A stretch of DNA of 64,000 nucleotides from positions 208,756,001-208,820,000 of the forward strand of contig NC_086097.1 of the NCBI RefSeq assembly GCF_963921235.1, in the 5' to 3' direction. The notes beneath the pieces were generated by a model. That model worked only from the letters and a program-made list of their open reading frames with translations, did not search any database and was not told the origin of the DNA. Numbering within the stretch: the stretch's first letter is position 1; every line of letters starts with the position of its first letter. Positions 1-12,439 of this stretch are shown piece after piece. The translations under genes and the position numbers were made by a program. The DNA comes from Mobula hypostoma (Eukaryota).

Positions 1-394
1 ACATTTAGGAAAGGATGGTGATCTTTACTACAGGAAGTTATATTGATATCTAATGTGAGATGCATCTTGGGAAGAGAGAGATGACCTTACACTGTATCAC
101 CACTGACACTTTCTGTTGATGTAAGGAAGATTTTATTTTGCAACTCTCACATTCCTTGCATTATGAACATAAAAAAATACCAATTTTAAACAATGGCGGA
201 AAGGAAAGGTTGATAGGTTAACGTGAGCTAAACAGGCTGTGTTACAACAAGTGGTAATGATTATAAATCAGTAAATCTTTGCTATATAGTACCATTCAAA
301 TTGAGTCCAAGCAGTATATAGTGTCAAGGCAAAATAATTGATTCCACAAACAAAATAAGTCTGAAATTACTTCATTGAGATCCATGAACAAATG

Positions 395-3036
395 CAGTAG
401 ATTCAGGTTAATTGGGGCACATTGGGATCAGTACATTGTGGCCCAATTAAGCAGCTGCCCTAATTAGCCAAATTTTCATGGAAATAGTTAAAAAGGTATA
501 AACAAGACAAACTGAGTAACAAATTATGTATTTAAATGAAATACGGAACAAAACCAATACTACTGCAGTACCATAACAATGTGTATTAGTTCCTAATATT
601 TATCCACAGAGGAATTCATCTGTTTCATGTTCTTTTGAATGTAAATAGAGTAAAGGGAATTACAGAGGCATAAGAGAGGAGTTGGCCAGAATTGACTGGA
701 AAAGAACACTGGCAGAGATGATGACAGAGCAGCAATGGCTGGAATTTCTGGAAACAATTTGGAAGGCACAGGATATATACATCCCAAAGTGGAAGGAGTA
801 TTCAAAAGGCAAGATGACACAACTGTGGCTAACAAGAGAAATCAAAGGCCACATAAAAGCCAAAGAGCAGGCATATAATAGAGCAAAAATTAATGTGAAG
901 TTAGGGGATTGGGAAGCTTTTCAATACCAACTGAAGGCAACTAAAAAAATCATTAAGAAGGTAAAGATTGAATACGGAAATAAGCTAGCCAATAATATTA
1001 AAGACAATACTAAAATAAAGTGTAAAAGAGAAGAGGGAGTGGACATTGGACCACTGGAAAACAATGCTGGAGAGGTAGTAATGGGGGACAAGGAAATGAT
1101 GGATGAACTGAGTAAGTATTTTGCATCTTTCTTCACTGTAGAAGACACTGGTGGAAGTTCCAGGAGTCAGGGTCATGAAGCGCATGAAGTTACCATTACT
1201 ATGAAGAAGGCTATTGGGAATCTGAAAGGTCTGAAGATAGATAAGTAACCTGGACCCAGGTGATATACACCCCAGGGTTCTAAAGAGGTGGCTGAAGAGA
1301 TTGTGGAGGCATTAGTAATGATCTCTCAAGAATCACTAAATTCTGGACTGGTTCCAGAAGAAAGGAAAATTGCAAATGTCACTCCACTTTTCAAGAAGGG
1401 AGGGAGGCAGAAGAAAGGAAATTATAAGCCAGTTAGTCTGACTTCACTGGTTGGGAAGATATTGGAGTTGATTGTTAAGGATGTGGTTTTGGGGTATTTG
1501 GAGGCACATGATCAAATAGGCCATAGTCAGCATGGTTTCCTCAAGGGAAAGTCTTGCCTGACAATGAGGTTTAAATTATTTGAAGAAATAACAAGCAGAA
1601 TAGATAAAGGATAATTGGTTGATATTGTGTACTTGGAATTTCAGAAGGCCCTTGACAAGGTGTCACACATGAGTCTGTTTAACAAGCTACGAGCCCATGG
1701 TCTTACAAGAAAGCTTCTAGCATGGATAAAGCAGTGGCCGATTGGCAGGAGACAAAGAGTGGGAATAAACTGAGCCTTTTCTGGTTCACTGCTGGTAACT
1801 AGTAGTTTTCTACAGGGATTTGTGTTGGGACTGATTCCTTTTACATTAAATGTCACTGATTTGGAAGATGGAATTGATGGCTTTGTTGCAAAGTTTGCAG
1901 ATGAGACAAAGATAGGTAGAGGGACAGGTAGTATCGAGGAAGTAGAGAGGCTACAGAAGGACCGAGACAGATTAGGAAAATAAGCAAAGAAATGGCAGAT
2001 GGAATATAGTGTTGGGAAGTGTTTGGTCATGCACTTTGGTAGAAGAAATGAAAGTGTTAAGTATTTTCTAAATTGAGAGAAAATATGAAAATCCAAGGTG
2101 CAAAGGGACTTAGGAGTCTTTGTGCAGGATTCACTAAAGGTTAATTTGCAGGTTGAGTCTGTGGTGAGGAAGGTAAATATGATGTTAGCATTCATTTCAT
2201 GAGAACTAGAATATAAATACGTTTGATGGCTTTGTCTTCAGAACTGGAATTCAGAACAATGAGAGGTTACTTCATTGAAAGTTATCGAATAGTGAAAGGC
2301 CTTGATAGAGTGGATATGGAAAGGATGTTTCCTATGGTGTGAGAGTCTAGCACCGAAGGACACAGCCTCAGAGTAACTTCCTTTCAAAATGGAGATGAGG
2401 AGGAATTTCTTCAGAAATCTGTGGAATTCTTTGCCACAGGCGGATGTGGAATCCAAGTCTTCATGTATATTTCAGGCAGTAGTAGGTAGATTCTTGATTG
2501 GTTAAGGCATGAAGGGATATGGGGAGAAGGCAGGATATTGAGTCTGAGAGGAAAAATGGATCAACAATGATGAATAGTGCAGAAGATTCAATGAGCCAAA
2601 TGGACCAATATCTTATGGGCTTATGCCTATATGAACAAAATCAGCTCAAACATTTCTCTCCTGGACATTTCTGACATCTCCAAGCCTGAATGCTTGAAAC
2701 CGCAGTGAGCAAAACATTTCTGAATATTCTTACTGCTTATTCTTTGCCAATTATCAGTAATAAAAATCACTGCTTTTTGAAAGCAAACACATGTAACTGA
2801 TGCTATTTAATAACTGACCGATCAAAGCATGGTGTTGTGTCTAACAGCCATGAAAGCACATGTGACTGATGCGGAAAAGGAACTGTCCAGGCTCCTGCCC
2901 CAGTTAAGTAGCATAGTATCCCAAATAAATGAAGGGAATCTCGGCTATTTTCTCAATTGGTCTTTGTTCTTTATGAGTTGTCCCAAATGAACTGATGACC
3001 CGGTTAGCCAGTGGCCCAATTAACCAGAATTCACTG
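395..3036 (-). mobile_element. Non-autonomous pogo/Tigger-like DNA transposon, split by a CR1 insertion
   Basis: Imperfect TIRs: cagtagattcaggttaattggggcac (395-420) and gtggcccaattaaccagaattcactg (3011-3036). The minus strand near 2670-2775 reads AVIFITDNWQRISSKNIQKCFAHCGFKHSGLE, resembling the pogo/TIGD W..V...TI.NCF..CGF motif. Confidence 0.75.
645..2629 (+). mobile_element. CR1-clade LINE, 5'-truncated, decayed ORF2 (RT)
   Basis: ORF fragments ANVTPLFKKGG..NYKPVSLTS, SQHGFLKGKSCLT and KFADETK; multiple stops; tcttatgg-like 3' tail. Confidence 0.9.
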
Positions 3037-4021
3037 TGTATGGTATGATTTATAATACAGGCTGGCTTTTGCAATGAACTTATCCCACACCTGAAGCCAG
3101 TAGGAAACCTGGAATCTGCCCTTGTGAACAACATAGCTGAAAAAACAACAGGAACGAGTAAGTCAAACTACAAGGTCAAGCTGAGCTTGGGTTGATCCAA
3201 AGCATTGAGTTGGCTCTCCTAAACACTATTTGAGCCAAGACCATAAAGCAAAACATTTTGCAAAAGGAACAAAATAAATTGCTTTTCTCAGTAAAAGTTC
3301 TTTTCCCATTAAATAACATAAGGTATTATTTTTCTAATTTTGTTGCATTAATCTTCTGTGAAATCATCGAAATATCTCCAGGTATGTTCTTTTCTTCTAA
3401 ATTATTTCCTATTTTTAGCTTTATCTTTCTCACCGATCATTTTAATTTTCTGTAATATTTTGTCTTTGCTTTCACAAGTTTGAAGTGAACTAGGGAACCT
3501 GCTGAATCTCTTAATCATCTCAGGCTGGACTAATTTCTATAACCACCTGCAGAGAAAGGTAAAGACAGGTAGTTATTGGAAAATCTCATACTATTCATCT
3601 TGACATCAAAGTGACTATTCTGTTATCACGAGTCTGAACAAAGGGTCACAGACCAGTTGATGATAAATGACTACACAGATGAGCCCAATCCCCACCCCCA
3701 TTTGAAAATTATGTCAAATTATTGATGGGTATCTACCTTGTACCAAATGAGTCTACCAGCAGTCTTGGTACAATGTATTTAAAAATAATGAAAATATTGT
3801 GGCTTTCCTAATTAGCTAGTACTCAAAAACAATTGGTCACGTGCTGTAAATGGCAAGGATGTGTTCTAACTCAAGTCAAAATTTCTGATGGATGGAGAAA
3901 GGTGCAAAGAGGATTCTCAGGCATACTTTTCAATTTCAGGAAATAAGTTCTAATAGCCAAAAAATACATTTCAGAACTACTGTGGAATAACTGTAACTGA
4001 GTAGTATTGTCACAGAAAAAT

Positions 4022-4461
4022 AGCATCTGTCATCAGATCATGCTCTCTTCTCCCTGCTGCCATCAGGAGGAACATACAGCAGCCTCAGGACTCACAGCAC
4101 CAGGTTCAGGAACAGGTATTACCCTTCAACCATCAGGCTCTTGAACCAAAGGGATAACTTCACAACTTCACTGGCCCCATCACTGAACTGTTCCTACAGT
4201 CTATGGACTCACTTTCAGGACTCTTCATCTCATGTTCTCAAATTGCTATTTATTATTATTATTATTATTATTTCTTATTTTTTCTTTTGTATCTCCACAG
4301 GTTGTTGTCTTTTGCACAATGGTTGAATACCCTGCTGGGTACAGCCTTTCACTGATTCTATTATGCTTATTGGATTTATTGAATATGCCTGCAAGAAAAG
4401 GAATCTCAGGGTTATATATGGAGACAATGTGTACTTTGATAATAAATTTACTTTGAACTTT
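4022..4461 (+). mobile_element. Rex1/Babar-type LINE 3' end (family A, TTTGAAC tail)
   Basis: Encodes HALFSLLPSGG..SLRTHSTRFRNRYYPSTIRLLN, then a 3' UTR ending tactttgataataaatttactttgaacttt; the same end recurs near 26430-26473 and 44467-44498. Confidence 0.75.
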
Positions 4462-4850
4462 CTGCTAGGTAAATCTACTACGATGCCATCTATTTCTTTG
4501 AGAGTTAAATCTGCTTGCTGATTGACTTTATGCACTGGCCAGTGTATTTGCATGTTCTTCATTTTTAGAGACAGATCTGTATACGGGTAAACATAATCAA
4601 CAATCTTCAGATGGTCAAGGTGATGAGGCAACTATCTAATGATGAAATTCACTGGGGTATGGGTGGTTGCTCTTATGAAAAATTATGTTTGATATATCAC
4701 AACAATTTCCCCACAAAACCTCAGAAAATAATACTAGCAAAATTTATAGACCATTATTAATGTTGTCTTTGTAGGTTTCTTATGCTCAAACTTTAAAAAT
4801 AATAAAAGTGGACAAAGGGACAATAGAATTTTTTTATATGGCCTTTTTGT

Positions 4851-5835
4851 CACAGAACCACAGAGTTGTATAGCACAGAAACAGGCCGTTCAGTCCAATT
4901 CATCCAATGCTGACTGGAACCATCAAGACCTATCCATGCGAAACTATTTATCCGTGCCTATGCTTTTCCTATCCAAGTACCTGTCCAAACGCCTTTTAAG
5001 CATAATTGCATCAGCCTCTTCCTTCTCTTCTGGTCGCTCATTTCATATTACCACCACCCTCTGTTTGAAAAACTTGCTCCTCAGATCTCCTTTAAATTTC
5101 TCCCCTCTTATGGTAAACCCACATCCTTTAGTTTTAGACTCCCCCATCCTAGGAAAAAAAGGGTTCTATTACATCTATACCCTTCATAATTTCGTAAACT
5201 TGTATTTGCCTCCTGTGTTCAATGCAGACTGAACACAGCCTATCAGATTTTTTCCTATAACTAAGCCCCTCATTTCATCCAATATATTGGCGAATTTCTT
5301 CTGCATCCTCTTTACTGCTCCCACGTGTTTCATGTGAGGCAAACAGAACCGTGCGGAATACTTCAAGTCCGAACGAACCAACATTTCTATAGCTGCACAT
5401 GACATCCCAACTCTTACATTCAATTCTTCAGTCTACAAAGGCAAGAATACTGAATGCCTCCTTCATTAGTTTTCCTATTTTCAGGGAGCTATGAATTTGC
5501 AATGGAAAATCCATCTGTACATCAATTCTCCTAATGTCCTTGTCATTACTGTATATGTTCAGCTGGTATTAGATGTCTGGATTAGATTCAATCTGCCACT
5601 GCTTTGCTCAACTTTACAATTTATCCATGTCTTTCTGTATCATTTCCTGACCTTCTTCACTATCTACTTACTAATTACTAAGTTTTGTGTCATCAGCAAG
5701 CTTACTAACCAGTCCACTGACATTCTCACATATATATAAAACAAACAGTTATGTTTCCAGCACTGATCCCTGTGGCATACCACTTGTATAGACTCACAAC
5801 CAGAAAATGCACCTCATCAATTACCTGCTGTCTAT
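4851..5835 (-). mobile_element. Old CR1-clade LINE fragment
   Basis: Degenerate minus-strand RT/C-terminal motifs (SDLKYSARFCLPH; gtggtatgccacagggatcagtgctgg corresponding to SGMPQGSVL). Confidence 0.65.
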
Positions 5836-5879
5836 TAAAAAGGAAATACAGACTTTTGCGAATAAATATTCAGAATGTC

Positions 5880-6020
5880 CCAAACTTCCTCCCCAGCATT
5901 GAAGACTTCTTCAAAAGGTAATACCTTTAAAAGGTGGCATCCATCATTAAGCACCCCATCATCCAGGACATGCCTTCTTTGCATTGCTTTCATCTGGGAA
6001 GAGGCACAGGAGCCTCACTA
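5880..6020 (+). mobile_element. Rex1/Babar-type LINE C-terminal fragment
   Basis: Degenerate match (catccatcattaagcaccccatcatccaggacatgcc) to the Rex1-type ends at 25960-26100 and 38150-38290. Confidence 0.5.
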
Positions 6021-6381
6021 TAGTTTCAAGCATTCAGGCTTGGAGACGTCAGAACCAGCCGTAAGTGAAAATGAAACGATTTCACAATTTCGACAAGTTA
6101 GCCACTACGAGGAACTTGAAGCCATCGACAATCATTTTGAATGTTACAATGAAAATGAAGACTTAGAGGATGCAATTGTCGACAGCATTGTAGAAAGGCA
6201 GTAAATTGTCTGCACTAGGTGTCTGTGCTGACTTTGTTCATTTACAGTAGAAAGAATGAGACATGGATGAATTTTTCCATTGGTATGTATCAGGAACTAA
6301 TACAATTATATAGTACTATAGTAGTATTGGTAGTGTTCTAATTTGTTCTGTATTTCATTCAAACGCATAACTTGTTACTCA
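6020..6381 (+). mobile_element. Internal fragment of the same pogo/Tigger-like family as 395-3036, opposite orientation
   Basis: 6028-6055 is the near-exact reverse complement of 2669-2697, and 6290-6381 matches 513-597 in reverse. Carries an acidic transposase C-terminus (YEELEAIDNHFECYNENEDLEDAIVDSI). Confidence 0.75.
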
Positions 6382-8862
6382 ATGAATTTCATGACCTATG
6401 TTAGATTCTGATTATGAACTTATTGAATTATTTTGTAAACTACAGCTGAAATAGGTACTGAATAGTCTATCAAAATTCAATATTTGCTACCAACTCACTA
6501 CCTCATTTTTAACCCGAACTAATGTTGAGGACTCAGTCGGTGTGGAAGCCTACAGATCAGTGACGGTGTAGCACCCTGGAACGATTAACGCTTCTTAATG
6601 TCAGCACTAAGCAGCCACATCTCCGCTGATTTTATGCCCATGGTAAACTGAGCCTGAGCATGGTTTGCAATATATTGAACTGCATTCAATAGTACATTTG
6701 TTTTAAAATCAAAATAAATGTGAAGTAGATTGTTGGTGTATCTAAAGTGATCCAGAAATAATGCACACAATTTGGCTCCTATAGAGTTAACATTAAGACA
6801 GGTTCAGCTGGGTTAGTCACTTGACTGTGTGTCAGTGATTTCCTCAATAAAGGGGAGTTTCCAGGAGCCTGCCTGTCTTGTCACTATTAGCTGCTGTTGC
6901 TACGGTGTAACATTGACAATCAGTCAATGAAATATAGGAAGAGCTCTGATTGGATGCTGTGTTTGGCTTTTGTCTCTTTCAGTTGTACTTCATTTCCTTA
7001 CATTGTAACAGAAAGGTTCAGTCTGGAGTTGGGGGATAGGCATTTACCTCTAATAGCCAATGATGTCATTACAAAAATGAAATCTGTGTACTTTCAAGTG
7101 GAAACATTATTGGATTTCAAATTGCGTTTCAGGCATAATTGAAAGACTCGAGATAAGTTCTGTGTTTAAAATGATCCAAACTAAACCAATATCACCACAT
7201 CAATGCAGATCAACTGATTGTAAAAAAGGACTGGAAATACCCTAGAAATCTGTTCTTGCTAGAAAGGAATTAGATATTAAAATGGCACTGCACCAGAAAT
7301 GCCTGGCAGTTTGCTGTGCAGTTGCTGGAAAATGTCCTTCATGAGCACGTATCATGCATTGCTATGTATGAATAAATGAGTCATTCTGTGATCTCTGCAT
7401 GGTTACTTGTAGGTAAGTTTGGAGTTGCACCAAAGACTATCTTTAAACCTGAGCTATAAGGCTGTACTCCTTATAGATGTTCAGGTGCATTTGCACAAAA
7501 CATTGAACCGGTTAGCTGAACTGTAATCTGTAGTCTGTTAATTCCCTTTAAGAAATGTACATTTGACTTTGAATTTGAAAATTGACAAATTGGACGGAGA
7601 ATTGGAGAGTCAGCTTCTCCAGCAATGATTTGGAGATCATGTGACCGATGTGGCAGCCACACAGTGAAAGTTAAAGGAGAACCAGGGAGCCTTACAATCC
7701 TATAGGACTCTGATACATGGCAAAGAACTTTGTCTTTTGCTTGACTTTTGCTGCAACAGCATCCCCTACAAAGATGTAAGTAATTGTGCATCTCCTGTCA
7801 ATGTATTTAACTGTCATTCCGCCCCCCCCATGCTTTCCTTAGTGCCCCGTACTCATTTTCAATCTGCACATATTTACCTAATTTCCTTTAATTGATATAT
7901 TGATAATCTATTTCTATCACAAGACCAAGCTGTCAAAATAAGGTGTATGAAAATTAACATATGCATTTCCACTGCTAATTGAAAATCTTGCAAATGCAAA
8001 GCAAATTAAGACAATTTTACTCAAATTAGAATGAGGACTAATAAAATATGCTTTGATATAAATATCAGTACTTATACTATAAATCTGAAGTAAGTAACGT
8101 AATCACAAAGATTGTCAAAGCAAAGTCTCCTCAACATCTCACTGAGTTATTGTGTTCAATACCAGACCTAGCTATTGATCATTACACCTAACTCTGGCTC
8201 CACCTAAAAGAATTCACAGATAGGTTGATCTGAGAAATGTATTGATCAGAATTCCCTGTCGCCAGCTCAGTGTACAATTAACATAGTGTGCACGAAGCCA
8301 CTATTGTATATTAAGGCACAGACATTGCCCGAGGTGAAAGGTTAAATGCTAAGCAGTGGAGAATTCGGAAGTATTGCGATGATTAGCTCTGTGGAGCCAG
8401 AAAGGTCACGGCCACTGCTGGAGAGCTGCTTTCACAGGGTACCAATGTGATTCACCAGTGGACTTTCCTTTCAACAATCTGGCTTCTAAGCAGTTCTATT
8501 AGATCAACTCCAACTCGAATAGTAAATATTTACCGCTCCCAAGACTGGGTGAGTGGATTACTTCATTTGATGTGTTCAAGCCTTACCTGTGAGTGACCTG
8601 CATGTGTTTGTACTGTATGTTTATACAACCTATTTGGATTTACTCCAGTTTGGTGTTGGGTCTAGGAAGAGGAACATGTGAGAAAACCAAATGCTTTTTG
8701 TCAGATTCCAAATTTAATTTGGAATACTACGGTTGGATACAATGTTGTAAAGTTCAGTGAGGCATCACTGATCACATGGAGATCCAACAGGTTGTAGTCA
8801 AAATGCAAATAGAGAAATGCCAGTGGGTGACCTATCCCCTTAAACTTGGAGTATCGAATACA

Positions 8863-9155
8863 ATAAACAAGAGAAAATCTACAGGTGCTGGAAATCCGAG
8901 CAGCGCACACAAAATCTTGGAGGAATTCAGCAGGCCAGGCAGCACCTGTGGAAAAGAGTAAAAAGTCGACGTTTTGGGCCAGTACCCTTCATCAGGACTG
9001 GCCCTTCTCCTCCCTTCCCCCCACTTTCTTATTCTGACCCCATCTCTTTTTTCCAGTCCTGATGTAGAGGCTCGGCCTGAAACATCAGCTGTTTACTCTT
9101 TTCTGCAGATGCTATCTGGACTACTGAGTTCCTCAAACATTTTGTGTGTATTGCT
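8863..9155. mobile_element. Penelope-like element termini in inverted arrangement, with decayed minimal hammerhead motifs
   Basis: Arms at about 8897-9001 and 9053-9155 are imperfect reverse complements; same family as 45033-45465 and 53790-54195. Confidence 0.7.
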
Positions 9156-9213
9156 ATAGAATATAATCGTACAAAGCTGACAGTGAAATGCTGTAGAGTT
9201 GCTACAGTTAATT

Positions 9214-9954
9214 ACAGAAGATAGAAATGAACAGCACATTTCAGACCCTCCAGCCCACAATGATGTGCCGACCATGTAACCGACTCCAGAAACTGCCTAG
9301 AATTTCCCTATAGCCTTCTGTTTTTCCAAGCTGCATGTACCTATCTAAGAGGCTCTTAAAAGACCCTATTGTATCCACTTCCACCACTGTCGCCAGCAGT
9401 GCATTCCATGCACCCACCACTCTCTGTGTGAAAAACTTACCTCTGACATCCCCTTGGTATCTATTTCCAAGCACCTTAAAACTATGCTCCCTTGTGTTAG
9501 CCATTTCAGCCCTTGGAAAAAGCCTCTGGCTAGCCACATGATCAATACCCCTTATTATCTTATACACCTCATCACGTCACCTCTCATCATCCATAACTCC
9601 AGGGAGAAAAGGCCGAGTACACTCAAACTATTCTCATAAGGTACACCCTCCAACCCAGGCAACATCCTTGTAAATCTCTTCTGCACCCTCTCTATAGTAT
9701 CCACATCCTTCCTGTAGTGAGGTGACCAGAAATGAACACAGTACTCCAAGTAGTGTCTGACCAAGGTGCTATAAAGCTGTAACATTACCTCACGGCTTTT
9801 GAACTCAATCTCATGGTTGATGAAGGCCAAAACACCATACGCCTTCTTAACAACACTGTCAACCTGCGCAGCAGCTTTGAGTGTCCTATGGACATGGACC
9901 CTAAGATGTCTCAGATCCTCCACACTGCCAAGAGTCTTACCATTGATATTATAC
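9214..9954 (-). mobile_element. CR1-clade LINE 3' part, 5'-truncated
   Basis: ORFs LYSTLVRHYLEYCVHFWSPHYRKD and FFTQRVVGAWNAL (CR1 ORF2 C-terminus). Confidence 0.88.
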
Positions 9955-10393
9955 AAAATAATTATGAATCTTGAGCAACAAATATATAAAATCAGAAAAG
10001 TTGCAACAGACTGAAAAACAAATGCTTAAGCAGACTTTTCTGATTCACAGTACACCCTATATTTTCTTCTGACAGGCAAACCAATGATGGACCCTATAAA
10101 GACTTAATCATAAAAAAGTGAGAAGGAGCAGCCATAATAGCTGTAGTAATAAAAGGCAGGAGAATCCTGTGCAATGTAAAAACAAACTGCACTTTACTCC
10201 ACACACCTGTTAGCTTTGTTACTCTGTTCTTGATGTCCACATTTGGGTTCAGGTCTTGCAGAGTTGTGACAGAATAATTATCAATATTTGCCGTCTTTTT
10301 CCTACAAAGCCCACAAAGTTGGCAGCAGCTTCAGAACTTTTGCCTTGAATTTCCATGCGGTAGTGAGAATGTGGACTCATTGACTAACACTTA

Positions 10394-11939
10394 CAGAGGT
10401 GTTAGAAAGTTTGTTTGTGAACCCTGTAGAATTTTCTCTATTTCTGCATAAATATGATCTGAAATGTGATCAATTCTTCACAAAGTCCTAAAACTAGATA
10501 AAGATAACCCAATTAAATAAATGACACAAAAACATTATACTTGTTCATTTATTTACTGAGAAAAATTATTCAATATTACACGTATTTGATGGAAAAATAT
10601 GGGATAGTGCCTTCCACAAAAGCTATTTGGAATCAGGTGTTCCAATCAATGAAATGAGATTGGAGGTTTGGGTTGTAGAGGTGCCTTGCCCTATAAAAAA
10701 GACACACAAATTCAGGTTACTGTCTTCTTAAGAAAGATCTGTTTATGTGCACCATGCCTTGATCAAAACAACTTTCAGAGGACTTTAGGAAAATGGTAGA
10801 GATGCATGAAAGTGGAAAAGGCCACAAAAGCATTTCTAAAGACCTGAGTGTTCATCAGTCCACAGTATGATAAATAGTCTACAAATGGAGGAAACTCAGT
10901 ACTGTTGCTACTCTCCCTAGGAGTGGGTATCCTGCAAAGATCACACCAAGAGCACAAGGTGCAATGCTGAAGGAGTTGAAAAAGAACCCAAGGGTAACAG
11001 CAAAAGACCTGCAAGAAATCTCTAGAACTCACTCAAGTCTCTGTTCATGTTTCCAAATACCGAACAAGAATGGTGTTTGTGGAAGGACACCACAGAGGAA
11101 ACCACTGCTCTCCAAAAAAAAGTTGCTGCACATCTCAAATTTGCAAAATACCACCCGGATGTTCTACAAAGTTCTTTGACAGATGAGACAAAAGTTGAAC
11201 TTTTTGGCAGAAATGCATATTGCTATGTTTGGAGGAAAAAGGGCAATACACACCAACACCAAAACCTCATCTCAACTGTGAAGTGTGGTGGAAGGAGCAT
11301 CATGGTTTGGGGCTGCTTTGCTACCTCAGACCCTGGGCAGCGAATTGAAAATTGTATCAGGACATTTTACAGGAGAATGTTAGGACAGCAGTCTGACACC
11401 TGAAGCTTAATAGAAGTTGAATAATGCAACAAGACAGTGATTTAAAAGACAAGAGTAAATCAACAACAGGATAGTTTAAAAAGAAGAAAATTTGTGTTTT
11501 GGAAAGAAGTCCTCACCTTACTCCTATAGAAATGTTGTGGAAGAAACTGAAACAAGCAGTTAATGCAAGGAGGCCCACAAACATCCCAGAGCTAAAGCGG
11601 TCTTGTAAGGAGGAATGGTCTAAAATTCCTCCAAGCCAAGGTGCAGGACTGATCAACAGTTCCTGGAAATGTTTTGGTTGAAGTTATTGCTGCACAAGGG
11701 GGTCGCACCAATTTCTGAAAACAAAGGTTCACATACTTTTCCAACAAATGCATGTAATATTGGTTAATTTTTCTCAATAAATAAATGAACAAGTGTGATG
11801 TTTTTTTGAGTTATTTATTTAATTGGGTTCTTTTTATCTAGTATTAGGAGTTAATGTGAACATCTGATCACATTTTAGGTCATATTTATGTAGAAATAGA
11901 GGAAATTCTACAACGTTCACGAACTTTCTAGCACTTCTA
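10394..11939 (+). mobile_element. Tc1-family DNA transposon with long (about 210 bp) IR/DR-type TIRs
   Basis: ta|cagaggtgttagaaag at the left end and ctttctagcacttcta at the right; 10394-10601 is an inverted repeat of 11733-11939. The right TIR has outer and inner direct repeats (11914-11934 and 11726-11745). Confidence 0.9.
10754..11718 (+). pseudogene. Tc1 transposase pseudogene (HTH domains plus DD34E-type catalytic domain)
   Basis: Motifs MP*SKQLSED, LPRSGYPAKITPR, TDETKVELFG, VKCGGRSIMVWGCF, QQDSD and SPHLTPIEMLW; stops, frameshifts and an internal deletion near 11340. Confidence 0.9.
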
Positions 11940-12023
11940 GAGGAAGGTCACCAGAAATCTATGCTGGTGGCAAGGAGGTGGAAGTGGCTTACACCACTGG
12001 TCTTAACGGAAATGAAGTACTAT

Positions 12024-12350
12024 AAGGCAGAATAGTAATGTTGTGGTCACCGCAAACACTTTACAGTGCCAGCGATTACTGATCGGGATTCGATTCCTGC
12101 TGCTGTTTGTAAGGAGTCTGTGCATTCTCCTAGTGACCCTGTGGATTTTTCCCCGGTACTCCAGTTTCCTCCAACTTTCCAAAAGAAGACACATGGTTAG
12201 TGAGCTGTGAGCATGCTATGTTGGCGTTGGAAGTATGGCGACACGTGCAGGCTGCACCAGCACATCCAAGCAATGACTCAAATGACACATCTCACTGTAT
12301 ATTTCTACGGTTCAATGCACAAGTGAGAAATAATCTTGAATCTTTAATCT
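12024..12350 (+). mobile_element. tRNA-derived SINE with V-domain-like core (V-SINE)
   Basis: B-box-like gggattcgattcc (about 12083-12096), then a V-domain-like core ggagtctgtgcattctcctagtgaccctgtggatttttccccggtactccagtttcctcc, then a repeated aatctt tail. Confidence 0.65.
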
Positions 12351-12439
12351 TCAAAAGAGAATCTGGCATTTTAATGAGTTTACAGATTATGTGATAGCCC
12401 ATAGCCATTCATGAATCATCAGTTTTGATCAGGCTGATT

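Noticed and set aside
1641..2195. Antisense ORFs over CR1 and Rex1 RT regions (also 9335-9541, 16796-17014, 41648-42001 and others)
   Set aside because: They are shadow frames of LINE coding sequence, not independent genes.
3479..3558. Plus-strand exon candidate (ttcacaag ... AAG|GTAAAG)
   Set aside because: Stops occur in all three frames and the AAG acceptor is weak; no support beyond the motifs.
12024..12100. tRNA gene
   Set aside because: Only a degenerate B-box; no cloverleaf can be drawn and it continues into a SINE core.
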